A stretch of DNA of 39,942 nt from Dehalococcoidia bacterium (GCA_963582505.1 CAUZSC010000003.1:1-39942); one strand, 5' to 3'. Shown: positions 1 to 9,930, numbered from the stretch's first letter. Translations and numbers: made by a program. The notes: a model not told the origin generated them from the letters alone.

Positions 1-1560
1 GGAATGCCAAAAGGTAAACCGTGCAAAATGGCATGCCTATGACATGTACACAGACTTCAATGTGATCGAACCAGGTGGATCAGCAGCACTCAAAGCAGCT
101 GTAGTTGGTCCATACGAGGCAGGCGAACCTTTCGTCTCCTACTACTGGGAGCCTACAGACGTAATTAACCTACGTAACATGATCATGTTAGAAGAACCAA
201 AATGGAATCAAGAGTGTCAGGATGCTACGGATCTAGCAGTCGCAGAAGAGCCTTATGAATCAACGAATGGCTGTCATTTCCCAATATCTGACACACACGT
301 CTTAGTAAATGGTGAGTTCGCTGCTCGTCAGCCGCAGGTTATAGAATTCCTAACGAACTACTTTATAGACGGGAAAAAACTTGCTGAAGGGCAAGCTTAT
401 AAGGATGAGGCTGCAGTAGAGTGGGTAGAGGTAGCGATTAAATACTTAAGAGAAAATAGAGATGTGTGGACTACATGGATCACAGACTCCAGTGGAGTAT
501 TTGACCCAGCTGAAGTGATTGCTAATCTAGACAAACAACTAGCACTGGAAGATGCGACCAAAGTTGTTGTAATAGCAGAAAAAGCAGCACTAGGTCCAGC
601 TTGTGCAGAAACTGTTAAATTCCACGATGGACAGTGGGGTAGCAACTGGGTTCATCTTGCAATCACAAGGTACATACTTGAAAATGGTTATGATTGCGAG
701 ACTGAAGAAATACAGGGTACAACGGGTACTATGAAACTAACCCTTGTTGAAGGTGATGTTCATGTAAACCTGGAAACATGGAGAATGAATATCCCTGTTT
801 GGTATAACGAACACACAACGTCCGGAGCGATAATAGACTTGGCTGGAACAACTGATCCTCTTACAGCATTGCCAGCAGGATCACCAGGACAAACTGTCGC
901 AGTAGCAGGTCAGGGTTTCTACGTACCTGCATACATGGTTAATGGTGATGCAGAACGTGGAATAGAGGCCACTGCACCAGACCTGAAAACTGTTCAAGAT
1001 CTAAGGAAGTACAAACATCTGTTCGCAGATCCTAGCGACCCAGACAAGGGTCAGGTCTTTAACTGTATCCTCGGATGGGAATGCCAAAAGGTAAACCGTG
1101 CAAAATGGCATGCCTATGACATGTACACAGACTTCAATGTGATCGAACCAGGTGGATCAGCAGCACTCAAAGCAGCTGTAGTTGGTCCATACGAGGCAGG
1201 CGAAGCTTTCGTCTCCTACTACTGGGAGCCTACAGACGTAATTAACCTACGTGACATGATCATGTTAGAAGAACCAACATGGAATCAAGAGTGTCAGGAT
1301 GCTACGGATCTAGCAGTCGCAGAAGAGCCTTATGAATCAACGAATGGCTGTCATTTCCCAATATCTGACACACACGTCTTAGTAAATGGTGAGTTCGCGG
1401 AAAATAATCCAAGAGCTATAACTTTCCTAACGAACTACTTTATAGACGGGAAAAAACTTGCTGAAGCGCAAGCTTATAAGGATGAGGCTGCAGTAGAGTG
1501 GGTAGATGTAGCAATTAAATACCTGAAAGAGAATGGAGATGTCTGGAGACAATGGATCAC
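1..1560 (+). repeat. Intragenic direct repeat with a 1077-nt (359-codon) period: 1-~480 vs 1078-~1560
   Basis: Base-by-base comparison: 1-321 matches 1078-1398 with 3 mismatches; 347-429 matches with 1 mismatch. Confidence 0.95.
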
Positions 1561-1624
1561 AGGTGATCCAGACTACATAAACGTAATTGCTAATGTAGAC
1601 AAGCAGTTAGCGTTGGAGGACTAA
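1..1624 (+). CDS. proX: Glycine betaine/proline-type ABC transporter substrate-binding protein (ProX/OpuAC family), at least two tandem domains, 5'-truncated by the window
   Basis: Frame is open from base 2, upstream of ATG 44. OpuAC-like motifs (GQGFYVP, DPSDPDKG, NCILGWEC, PGGSAAL, YYWEP). Lies upstream of proV/proW homologues. Confidence 0.85.
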   Translation, partial: ECQKVNRAKWHAYDMYTDFNVIEPGGSAALKAAVVGPYEAGEPFVSYYWEPTDVINLRNMIMLEEPKWNQECQDATDLAVAEEPYESTNGCHFPISDTHVLVNGEFAARQPQVIEFLTNYFIDGKKLAEGQAYKDEAAVEWVEVAIKYLRENRDVWTTWITDSSGVFDPAEVIANLDKQLALEDATKVVVIAEKAALGPACAETVKFHDGQWGSNWVHLAITRYILENGYDCETEEIQGTTGTMKLTLVEGDVHVNLETWRMNIPVWYNEHTTSGAIIDLAGTTDPLTALPAGSPGQTVAVAGQGFYVPAYMVNGDAERGIEATAPDLKTVQDLRKYKHLFADPSDPDKGQVFNCILGWECQKVNRAKWHAYDMYTDFNVIEPGGSAALKAAVVGPYEAGEAFVSYYWEPTDVINLRDMIMLEEPTWNQECQDATDLAVAEEPYESTNGCHFPISDTHVLVNGEFAENNPRAITFLTNYFIDGKKLAEAQAYKDEAAVEWVDVAIKYLKENGDVWRQWITGDPDYINVIANVDKQLALED

Positions 1625-1660
1625 ATTGAGTTCAGTAGATAGATACTGATTTATGCAATG

Positions 1661-1699
1661 CAAAACGGGAGAGATAACCTCGATTACTCTCCCGTTTTG
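1661..1699 (+). terminator. Intra-operon stem-loop between proX and proV (partial terminator or mRNA stabiliser)
   Basis: CAAAACGGGAGAG...CTCTCCCGTTTTG, 13-bp inverted repeat. Confidence 0.7.
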
Positions 1700-1730
1700 G
1701 TGCTTGTAAGCTCTTTATAAGGAGTGGTTA

Positions 1731-2999
1731 ATGACAATAAATGATGTAATCAACACGGACCAACAGATAGAATCAGAAAGTAAAAGAGAGTTTCGCATTT
1801 CTGTACGGTCATTATGGAAAGTTTTTGGATCAGAACCTGACTTGGTTAAAGAACCTGAACATATTCTAAAGTCCAAATCAGAAATACAAGATGAATTAGG
1901 TCTAGTTGTTGCTCTGAGAGACGTGGATTTTGATGTTTACGAAGGTGAAACATTCGTTGTGATGGGTTTGTCTGGTAGCGGAAAATCTACCTTGGTTAGG
2001 TGCCTAATAAGGCTGATCGAACCTAGCTCCGGTGAAATATATGTAGACGATGAAGACATCATTAATTTGAACGACAAAGGTCTTACTACTCTACGTCGTA
2101 AAAAAACAGCAATGGTATTTCAACATTTCGGTCTGCTGCCTAATCGAACAATCATTGACAACGTTGCTTTTGGACTCGAAATCCAAGGAGTTGGTGAAGA
2201 GGAGAGACACAATAAAGCTAGAGAAATGTTGGAATTGGTTGGTCTTACAGGATGGGGAAACGCCTTTAGCTACGAACTTAGTGGCGGTATGCAGCAAAGA
2301 GTCGGTCTCGCAAGAGCACTGGCAGTTGACCCGGAAATTTTACTTATGGATGAACCTTTTAGTGCCCTAGACCCTCTAATCAGAAGAGAAATGCAGAGCC
2401 AGCTGCTAGAACTGCAGTCCAAACTTAACAAAACTATAGTATTTATCACCCATGACCTTGATGAGGCTCTAATACTCGGAGAGAGGATAGCCATAATGAG
2501 AGATGGGGAGATAGTACAAATTGGTAGTCCACAAGAAATAGTGGATAACCCATCAGATTCCTACGTTGAAGATTTCATCAAAGGTATATCGAAGACGAGG
2601 GTACTCGGTGCTAGTACTATTATGACTCCAGTACTGGCAGTAGCATCTGAAGGACAAAGTCCTACTGAGGTTCTTAGTATGCTGGAAAAAGCAGATCAGG
2701 ACTACGCATTTGTCCTTAATTCATCTAAAAACGTACTCGGGGTACTCGATAGGAACGATATGTCTACTGCAGTAGACAATGGTGAAACCTCTATACAAAC
2801 ACACATAATCTCTGACTCTCCTACATATTGTATAGCTTTAGAAAATACCACCATAGATGATTTACTACCGCTGTCAGCTGTCACTGATTGTCCAATAGCA
2901 GTACTAAATGAACAATCAGCATTGATCGGTGTGGTAACGAGAACAACTCTATTAAGTACATTGGCTGAAAATCAATCCACTTCAAGTAACGAAAATTAA
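1731..2999 (+). CDS. proV: Glycine betaine ABC transporter ATP-binding subunit with C-terminal CBS pair
   Basis: Walker A GLSGSGKS, LSGGMQQRV, LLMDEPFSALDPLIR, CBS-like tail; AGGAG RBS. Confidence 0.92.
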   Translation: MTINDVINTDQQIESESKREFRISVRSLWKVFGSEPDLVKEPEHILKSKSEIQDELGLVVALRDVDFDVYEGETFVVMGLSGSGKSTLVRCLIRLIEPSSGEIYVDDEDIINLNDKGLTTLRRKKTAMVFQHFGLLPNRTIIDNVAFGLEIQGVGEEERHNKAREMLELVGLTGWGNAFSYELSGGMQQRVGLARALAVDPEILLMDEPFSALDPLIRREMQSQLLELQSKLNKTIVFITHDLDEALILGERIAIMRDGEIVQIGSPQEIVDNPSDSYVEDFIKGISKTRVLGASTIMTPVLAVASEGQSPTEVLSMLEKADQDYAFVLNSSKNVLGVLDRNDMSTAVDNGETSIQTHIISDSPTYCIALENTTIDDLLPLSAVTDCPIAVLNEQSALIGVVTRTTLLSTLAENQSTSSNEN

Positions 3000-3046
3000 A
3001 GAACAAAAGAAAATTAGAATATAAATCTGTTCTATTGGAGGGCTAA

Positions 3047-4288
3047 TTGGATATAAATCAAGAAGGACCCAGTACTAAGAAAATAACAGAGCTTGTATCT
3101 ATACCTCTTAGGGTTAAACAGATAGTAATAGTTGCACTGCTTCTATATATCGGTTGGGATCTAAGTAGTCAACTAGGCCCAGAAATGCCAGTAATGAAAT
3201 ATTTTTTCCCCAAGCTTTACACTTGGCTTTTCTGGATATTCGTATTAGGACTAGCAATAGATTCAATTATCAGGTTAAAAACATCTAAATCACAACTGCT
3301 GGCTGGTGCTATATTCCTAGTGGCAGTACCCTTAGCCTTGAGTACGGAAATCCTCCCTGCTACATTCCCTGTGTACGCACCAGGCCAAGACCAACACGTA
3401 ATAGAAGGGCAAAGAACACAACCCGTCGAATACATAACAATAGGTAGCATAAGACCTGGGAAAACTGGTAATTATATAGATGCTTCAGTTCTATACCTAA
3501 AGAGACAATTTAAATCCTTCTTCAGAGCCGCAACAAATAACCTCCTAAAACTCATGGTCCCATTGAAAAAGGGGCTTGAGCAAATGCCAATGTGGCTGTT
3601 TACGGGAGTTGTGGCACTGATAGCTTGGCGTGTTAGTGGATATCGGGTAGCGTTAATATCAGTTGTAGGACTGCTATTTATTGCTGTATTCGACTTATGG
3701 ATTGCCTCCATGATCAGCATAACAGTGGTCGGTACAGCTACGTTCTTATCCATAGCGCTGTCTATACCAGCTGGAATACTGATGTCCAAGAGTGATAGAT
3801 TCGAATCAATAATGAGGCCTGTCTTAGATTTATGTCAGACTATGCCTAGTTTCGTATACTTAATACCTGCTATATTCTTTCTTGGAATAGGCATGGTACC
3901 CGCTGTAATGGCTACGATTGTATACGCAATACCACCTTGTATTAGGTTGACAAACCTAGGAATACGCTTGGTCTCTCCTCAACTTATTGAGACAGCCCGT
4001 GCCTTTGGAACAACTCCTTGGCAACTCCTCATCAAAGTTCAATTACCTCTGGCAAGACCCACTATAATGGCTGGCGTAAACCAATGTGTAATGATGGCAC
4101 TAGCCATGGTGGTGCTCGCAGCCCTAGTAGGTGCCGGTGGATTGGGTGCCGACGTATACGCAGGAGTACAACAATTGGAATTCGGACGTGGTCTAATGGG
4201 TGGCATAGGGATAGTAATATTGGCAATAATAATCGATAGAATAACTCAAGGATTCGCCAAGGACCCTCTAGCCGATAGAAACAAGTAA
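3047..4288 (+). CDS. proW: Glycine betaine ABC transporter permease with N-terminal extension
   Basis: RPVLDLCQTMPSFVYLIP, IRLTNLGIR, QLPLARPTIMAGVNQ; TTG start after GGAGG. Confidence 0.9.
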   Translation: MDINQEGPSTKKITELVSIPLRVKQIVIVALLLYIGWDLSSQLGPEMPVMKYFFPKLYTWLFWIFVLGLAIDSIIRLKTSKSQLLAGAIFLVAVPLALSTEILPATFPVYAPGQDQHVIEGQRTQPVEYITIGSIRPGKTGNYIDASVLYLKRQFKSFFRAATNNLLKLMVPLKKGLEQMPMWLFTGVVALIAWRVSGYRVALISVVGLLFIAVFDLWIASMISITVVGTATFLSIALSIPAGILMSKSDRFESIMRPVLDLCQTMPSFVYLIPAIFFLGIGMVPAVMATIVYAIPPCIRLTNLGIRLVSPQLIETARAFGTTPWQLLIKVQLPLARPTIMAGVNQCVMMALAMVVLAALVGAGGLGADVYAGVQQLEFGRGLMGGIGIVILAIIIDRITQGFAKDPLADRNK

Positions 4289-4296
4289 ATACCAGA

Positions 4297-4350
4297 ATAT
4301 AAAACAGAATGCCAGCCATCACTAAATATGGCTGGCATTCTGTTTTATAT
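4297..4350. terminator. Bidirectional intrinsic terminator between convergent proW and gpsA
   Basis: Perfect 23-bp arms (4297-4319 / 4328-4350) with an 8-nt loop and A/T tracts on both sides. Confidence 0.85.
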
Positions 4351-4371
4351 GGCAGGAACTTCCATGAATCA

Positions 4372-5385
4372 TTATTCTGATCTAGGCCTGCGAATCATCA
4401 GCTCAGCTACAGAATCTTTGGCAGAGATTTCTCCTTTAAGAACACGAAGGATAGTTTCAGTAATAGGCATATCTATTTTCATTTTAGAAGCCAATCTCAA
4501 TGCCTCTGAAGTGGTGTAGACACCTTCTGCAACATTTTTCATTGAACCAAGTACATCATCTAATTTATATCCTTTACCTATACACTCCCCAACGTATCTG
4601 TTCCTACTTAAATGGCTAGTACAAGTAGCCATTACGTCACCTAACCCAGAGATACCATATACAGTCGAAGGATTTGCACCTGCTTTAACAGCAAGTTTAT
4701 TAATTTCTACAAGTCCTCTGGTTATTAAACTTGATTTACCATTGTCTCCAAAACCTAATCCATCACTAATCCCTGCACCCAAGGCAAGAATGTTCTTCAG
4801 AGATCCACCTAACTCAACCCCAACAACATCGTCGTTTGTATAGACGCGGAAATAATCAGATACGAAAAGTCTCTGAACTTCATTAGCTATAGCTTGATCC
4901 TTAGAAGCCACTACTGTAGCACTAGGCATTTGCTCAGCTACTTCTTTGGATAGATTAGGGCCAGATAATACACATATACCTTTCAGATATGAGCTTGGCA
5001 CCTCATCTTCTAATATCTCGCTCATACGTTTTGATGTATTACCTTCTAGTCCTTTAGTAGCGCTCACAAATATGCATTGAGTATCCAAGAATGGAATAAT
5101 GGTTCGGATATTATCCCTGAAACTCTGAGACGGTACTGCTAAGACAATAACTTGAGTATCTATAGTTATTTCTCTTATAGACGCAGACACCTTCAAATTA
5201 CGTGGGAACTTGAAACCTGGCAGAAATCTTTTGTTCTCTCTAGTTGAGTTTAGCTCTTTGGCTTCATCTTCAGTACGAGCGTAAAGCAAGACATCTGCTC
5301 CGTTGTTAGCTAGCAAAATACCCAGCGTTGTAGCCCAACTCGTTGTGCCTATAACAGAAACTCTAGACAATTTATCTTTAACCAT
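4372..5385 (-). CDS. gpsA: NAD(P)H-dependent glycerol-3-phosphate dehydrogenase
   Basis: SATKGLE, LSGPN, GVELGGSLKN, GLGD, SRNR, AEGV motifs. Confidence 0.95.
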   Translation of the reverse strand: MVKDKLSRVSVIGTTSWATTLGILLANNGADVLLYARTEDEAKELNSTRENKRFLPGFKFPRNLKVSASIREITIDTQVIVLAVPSQSFRDNIRTIIPFLDTQCIFVSATKGLEGNTSKRMSEILEDEVPSSYLKGICVLSGPNLSKEVAEQMPSATVVASKDQAIANEVQRLFVSDYFRVYTNDDVVGVELGGSLKNILALGAGISDGLGFGDNGKSSLITRGLVEINKLAVKAGANPSTVYGISGLGDVMATCTSHLSRNRYVGECIGKGYKLDDVLGSMKNVAEGVYTTSEALRLASKMKIDMPITETILRVLKGEISAKDSVAELMIRRPRSE

Positions 5386-5410
5386 TTACCTATATCAATT
5401 ATATAAACTA

Positions 5411-6031
5411 CTAACTACGACCCAGTTTTCGTTCCTGTCCATTAATCAGTCTAACAATATTTTCACGATGTCTAAATAATATTATAGGAACACCAATTAA
5501 TGGATACGCAATATATACACTCGAGGATATACCAAACTGTGTCTCGGAGTAAAAGATACCCATAATTAGAATAGCAATTAGAGCAGCTATTACGCCCAAT
5601 ACTGAGCCAAGAGACACGTATCTAGTAAACAGTAAAGTTATGCATCCTACAGAAACAGCTATCAGCCCACAGAATGGGGATATATAGCAGAAAGTCCCAA
5701 TGCCAGTAGCCACTCCTTTTCCTCCATTAAACTTAAGGAAAACTGGCCATATGTGACCTACTAGTACGGCAATAGCTGCAAATGTTTCTATATACGGATC
5801 TGAGAATAATGTCCTTACAACAAATACTGGCATTAAACCTTTACCAGTATCCAGCATAAGTACTAAAATGCCAGATTTTATCCCAGTAGTCCTCAGGACA
5901 TTCGTCATACCTATATTACCGCTACCATAATCACGTACATCCCTATTTATGAGAAACCTGACGACTAAGAATCCAAATGGTATTGCACCAATTAGGTAGC
6001 ACATTAACACTAGAACTATCTGGTTAAACAT
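5411..6031 (-). CDS. plsY: Glycerol-3-phosphate acyltransferase PlsY
   Basis: YLIGAIP, GSGNIGMTNVLR, GGKGVAT, RHRENIVRL. Confidence 0.95.
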   Translation of the reverse strand: MFNQIVLVLMCYLIGAIPFGFLVVRFLINRDVRDYGSGNIGMTNVLRTTGIKSGILVLMLDTGKGLMPVFVVRTLFSDPYIETFAAIAVLVGHIWPVFLKFNGGKGVATGIGTFCYISPFCGLIAVSVGCITLLFTRYVSLGSVLGVIAALIAILIMGIFYSETQFGISSSVYIAYPLIGVPIILFRHRENIVRLINGQERKLGRS

Positions 6032-6034
6032 ATC

Positions 6035-7348
6035 CTATCTACTTGTACGCCTCTGAAATAATAGATTAAGGGGATTTCCTTCGAATTTGAAAATTGATCT
6101 AAGTCGATTTTCTAAAAATCTTTCGTATGAAAAATGCACCAAGGTTGGATTATTAACCGGTATAACGAACGTTGGCGGTCTAGCTTCTTTTTGAGATATC
6201 CCGTATATCCTTAAGCTTCTCCCTTTTCTACCAGACGGAGGATGTGCTGCAAGAGCTGACATAAGAGTTTTCCTGAGATCGTCTTGAGAAACCATTTTGG
6301 ATCCTTCTTTGTAGACCATGAGTGCTCTCTGCACAACCCCTCTTATACCTTCTTCCATAAGTGCAGAAGTGAAGCATACAGGTGCATATGGTATGAACTT
6401 CAACCTAATCCTTGCATTGTTCAAAAGTTCTCTCTGATACATTTCTTGTTTTATAAGGTCGCATTTATTAAAAACAATTACTACTCCCTTCCCAGAATCA
6501 AGTATCTGGCCAGCGAGATGAGTGTCCTGGGCAGTAATAGGCTCAGAACCGTCTATAACAAGTAAACATACATTAGATCTTTGTACGGCTTTTACAGTTC
6601 TAAGGACGCTATATTTCTCTAGCCCTCTGTCTATACGACCTCTGCGTCTAACACCAGCCGTGTCTATTAATACCATAGGGGTTTCATCAAACAACATAGG
6701 GATATCCAATGCATCTCTAGTTGTTCCAGGTATATCTGAAACTATAGATCGTTCATTACCAAGAATTGCATTGATAAGACGTGACTTCCCAACGTTTGTG
6801 CGACCAATAATCGCTAACCTAAGTATATCCTGATCCTCTTCCAAAGCATCTAAAGAAATTATAGAGGATAATTCGTCAATCAATTGATTTATTCCAAGAT
6901 TATGGTAAGCACTAATATAAACGGGATCGTTTAAGCCTAATTCATGAAACTCTACAGCCTCTTGCTCACGTCTAGCGTTGTCAATTTTATTAACCACCAA
7001 CAACACAGGTTTAGATATCTTCCTAAGCATTTGAGATATCTCAATGTCTCCTGGCGTCACACCTGACAAACCATCTACCAAAAAAACAATAGCGTCTGCA
7101 TCGTTGATAGCAATCTCTACTTGCCCTCGAACTTTTTCCCACAAATCAGATGTCGGAGATAATTCGAGACCTCCAGTATCAACTAAGATAAAAGATTTAT
7201 CCTGCCAGGATACCGTTGCACTTATACGATCTCTCGTAGTTCCTGGAATGTCTGAGACTATTGCTCTGCGTTCACCTACTAAACGATTAAACAGACTAGA
7301 CTTACCTACATTAGGGCGACCGACTATAGCAATTAAAGACTCCGTCAT
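6035..7348 (-). CDS. der: Ribosome biogenesis GTPase Der (EngA)
   Basis: Two G domains (GRPNVGKS, GRTNVGKS; PGTTRD twice; DTGG/DTAG; NKID/NKCD) and a KH-like C-terminus. Confidence 0.97.
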   Translation of the reverse strand: MTESLIAIVGRPNVGKSSLFNRLVGERRAIVSDIPGTTRDRISATVSWQDKSFILVDTGGLELSPTSDLWEKVRGQVEIAINDADAIVFLVDGLSGVTPGDIEISQMLRKISKPVLLVVNKIDNARREQEAVEFHELGLNDPVYISAYHNLGINQLIDELSSIISLDALEEDQDILRLAIIGRTNVGKSRLINAILGNERSIVSDIPGTTRDALDIPMLFDETPMVLIDTAGVRRRGRIDRGLEKYSVLRTVKAVQRSNVCLLVIDGSEPITAQDTHLAGQILDSGKGVVIVFNKCDLIKQEMYQRELLNNARIRLKFIPYAPVCFTSALMEEGIRGVVQRALMVYKEGSKMVSQDDLRKTLMSALAAHPPSGRKGRSLRIYGISQKEARPPTFVIPVNNPTLVHFSYERFLENRLRSIFKFEGNPLNLLFQRRTSR

Positions 7349-7363
7349 GTTTCTAAACCTCTC

Positions 7364-8275
7364 CTAGCCTAGCAGTTCTGCTATCACAGCCTTTTGAACA
7401 TGCATTCTATTCTCGGCCTGATCAAAGACAACTGACTGAGGTGATTCAAGCAATCCATCTGATATCTCCTCACCTGAATGAGCCGGCAGAGGATGCATAA
7501 AGATCGCACTGTCTTTGGCCTTCGAAAGAAGATCTCCATCTACCCTATATGATTCAAATGCACGAAGTCTCTCTCCCATCTCATCTTCTTGACCCATGCT
7601 GACCCAAACATCCGTGTATACTACATCTGCATTCTGGACTGCTTCTTCAGGTATTTCTGTAGTCTCGATACTTCCACTCGACTCGATGGCTCGTTCAAGG
7701 GCTTTATCCATTAAGTCTTGATCCATCTGATAACCCCTAGGGGAAGCGATAACTAAATTTGACCCAACACTGGCAGAAGCCAAAGCAAGGCTATTCGCCA
7801 CATTATTACTATCTCCTATATACGCAATCTTAATTCCTTTAAGGTATCCAAACTTTTCCTTAATCGTCATTAAGTCAGCTAATGCCTGACAAGGATGTTC
7901 ATGATCTGACAATGCATTTATCACTGGTACTCTCGAGAAATATGCCAACGTTTCTAGAGTCTCCTGAGCAAATGTACGAACTACCATTCCTTTGACAAAC
8001 CTTGATAATACCCTTGCCACATCTGCGACCGGTTCTCTGGAGCCCATCCCTACTTCTTCTCTACTTAGGTAAAGTGGGTGCCCGCCCAGCTGATGGATAG
8101 CAACGTCGAAACTAACCCGTGTACGTAATGAAGGCTTTTCGAACAGTAATGCTACTGGTGCCCCATTAAGAAGTTGTACTAAAGGGTCAGCCTTCAGAGC
8201 TATGCCTCGGTCGATTACGTCAGTCACTTGTTCCGAAGACAAATCTAATATAGAGAGAATATGTTTTGTGTTCAT
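7364..8275 (-). CDS. argF: Ornithine carbamoyltransferase
   Basis: FEKPSLRT, HPCQALAD, YTDVWVSMG, DQAENRMH. Confidence 0.9.
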   Translation of the reverse strand: MNTKHILSILDLSSEQVTDVIDRGIALKADPLVQLLNGAPVALLFEKPSLRTRVSFDVAIHQLGGHPLYLSREEVGMGSREPVADVARVLSRFVKGMVVRTFAQETLETLAYFSRVPVINALSDHEHPCQALADLMTIKEKFGYLKGIKIAYIGDSNNVANSLALASASVGSNLVIASPRGYQMDQDLMDKALERAIESSGSIETTEIPEEAVQNADVVYTDVWVSMGQEDEMGERLRAFESYRVDGDLLSKAKDSAIFMHPLPAHSGEEISDGLLESPQSVVFDQAENRMHVQKAVIAELLG

Positions 8276-8565
8276 AATACTAGCCCAATCTAATCAAGAT
8301 AACAGATAGAAGTTTATGTGATCCATCATCTATATACTAGCCCTTGATAATCTTGATAGCAACTCAGGAGTCCTAGACATAAATGAACAAACACATGCAA
8401 TAGCGACAACGAATGTTTCAAAGGTGAACGTGTAACTCTGATTTATATCATCCACCAACGGTAGAACACTTTTTTATTTGAGAACAACAGAAATCCCACT
8501 TGTCAGGAGTTAGATTGAACTGAGTTGAGAGTAAAAATATATTAGGATAAGCATTAATAAAATGC

Positions 8566-9705
8566 CTAATGGGCCATCAATTGGAAATATTTTCCTTCTG
8601 TCTTTATTGCAGGTGCTATCATTAACTCTGCATCATGCATTTCACGAATATTCCTAGCCCCACACATACCCATCCCTGCTTTCAACGCACCAACCATATT
8701 CTGTGTTCCATCGGAAACTGATGTTGGACCAAATAATATTTGATTCAATGGGCCAACTGTGCCCACATTTATCCTGGTACCTCTCGGCAAAGCTGGATGG
8801 TAACTAGCCATTCCCCAGTTGTAGCCTAGTCCTGGGGCTTCTTCTGCTTGAGCAAATGTAGTACCTAGCATTACCCCGTCAGCACCACTTGCAAACGCCT
8901 TGCAAATATCTCCTCCAGTTCTCATACCACCGTCAGTTATTATAGGTACATATCGACCTGTACGACTATAGTACTCATCACGCGCAGCCGCACAATCTAT
9001 AGTAGCAGTAACTTGTGGAACACCAACTCCTACAACTTCTCTTGTAGTGCAGATAGCGCCAGGCCCAACACCGACCAAAACACCTTGTACTCCAGTCTCC
9101 ATTAATTCCAAAGTTGCTCCATATGTAACTGTGTTACCGACCACGATAGGAACCTTGAGTTCTTTACATATATCTGATAGAACCAATCCTTTTTGACTCT
9201 TGGATATATGCCTAGCTGTAGTAACAGTTGATTGAACAACAATTATGTCTGCTCCAGCTTCAACAGCTACAGGAGCAAATCTCTTTGTATTAGCTGGGGT
9301 GATTGAAACAGCACTTATAACGCCAAGTTTCTTTAGCTCTTGTACCCTATCCCCAATAAGGTTTTCCTTAATCGGTTCTGAATACATCCTCTGTAGAAAT
9401 GGTGTGGCCTGATTTGTAGAAGACTCTATTACTTCCCGAATTTGAGCGTACGGATCATCGTAACGAGTGTAAACACCTTCTAAGTTAAGAATAGCTAATC
9501 CTCCAGCTTGGCCCATAGCTATAGCAAATTTTGGTGATACTACGGCATCCACCGCAGATGCCAGAAAAGGAACTTCGAAATCGTAGCCGCCAAGAGAAAA
9601 CCCGACGTCTGTCTGGTCTGGGTTTATAGTAACGTCACCAGGAACTATAGTCACATCATCGAAGCCATATCCTCTACGCAGTTCTTTAAATTTTGATGAT
9701 TCCAT
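8566..9705 (-). CDS. GuaB3-family IMP dehydrogenase-related protein (no CBS domains)
   Basis: YGFDDVTIVP, GVGPGAICTTR, ITDGGMRTGGD; C-terminus APAIKTEGK typical of the GuaB3 subfamily. Confidence 0.85.
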   Translation of the reverse strand: MESSKFKELRRGYGFDDVTIVPGDVTINPDQTDVGFSLGGYDFEVPFLASAVDAVVSPKFAIAMGQAGGLAILNLEGVYTRYDDPYAQIREVIESSTNQATPFLQRMYSEPIKENLIGDRVQELKKLGVISAVSITPANTKRFAPVAVEAGADIIVVQSTVTTARHISKSQKGLVLSDICKELKVPIVVGNTVTYGATLELMETGVQGVLVGVGPGAICTTREVVGVGVPQVTATIDCAAARDEYYSRTGRYVPIITDGGMRTGGDICKAFASGADGVMLGTTFAQAEEAPGLGYNWGMASYHPALPRGTRINVGTVGPLNQILFGPTSVSDGTQNMVGALKAGMGMCGARNIREMHDAELMIAPAIKTEGKYFQLMAH

Positions 9706-9738
9706 CTAATATTAGTCCGCTGCCTGAGTATTTGCGTG

Positions 9739-9767
9739 ACTATAACATTCGAGGTAACGCAAGTCAA
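9739..9767 (-). promoter_or_regulatory. Sigma70-type promoter of the GuaB3 gene
   Basis: Minus strand TTGACT-N17-TATAGT with extended TG. Confidence 0.65.
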
Positions 9768-9880
9768 TGTGAATATATTAAGCTATTAAAACATGAAGAC
9801 ACGTTTATTTGGTACTCGACCCAATTACCCCATAATACCCAATAAGCCTACTTTATAGTCACTAGTCAAGTTTAAATATA

Positions 9881-9909
9881 TTGACGGGCATACTAGGTAA
9901 TGTTAGACT
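9881..9909 (+). promoter_or_regulatory. Sigma70-type promoter of the suf operon
   Basis: TTGACG-N17-TAGACT with extended TG. Confidence 0.65.
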
Positions 9910-9915
9910 GACTAC

Positions 9916-9930
9916 TGACCAAACGGGTCA
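9916..9930. promoter_or_regulatory. Candidate Rrf2/IscR-type operator over the predicted suf transcription start
   Basis: Palindrome TGACC-AAACG-GGTCA (TGAC-N7-GTCA) just downstream of the -10. Confidence 0.45.

Noticed and set aside
1-1560. Diversity-generating retroelement TR/VR pair
   Set aside because: Mismatches include C/G and G/C rather than only adenine positions, both copies are in one reading frame, and no reverse transcriptase is present.
8276-8565. Riboswitch or leader upstream of argF
   Set aside because: Only a 10-nt repeat (ATACTAGCCC) was seen; no recognisable RNA motif or attenuator.
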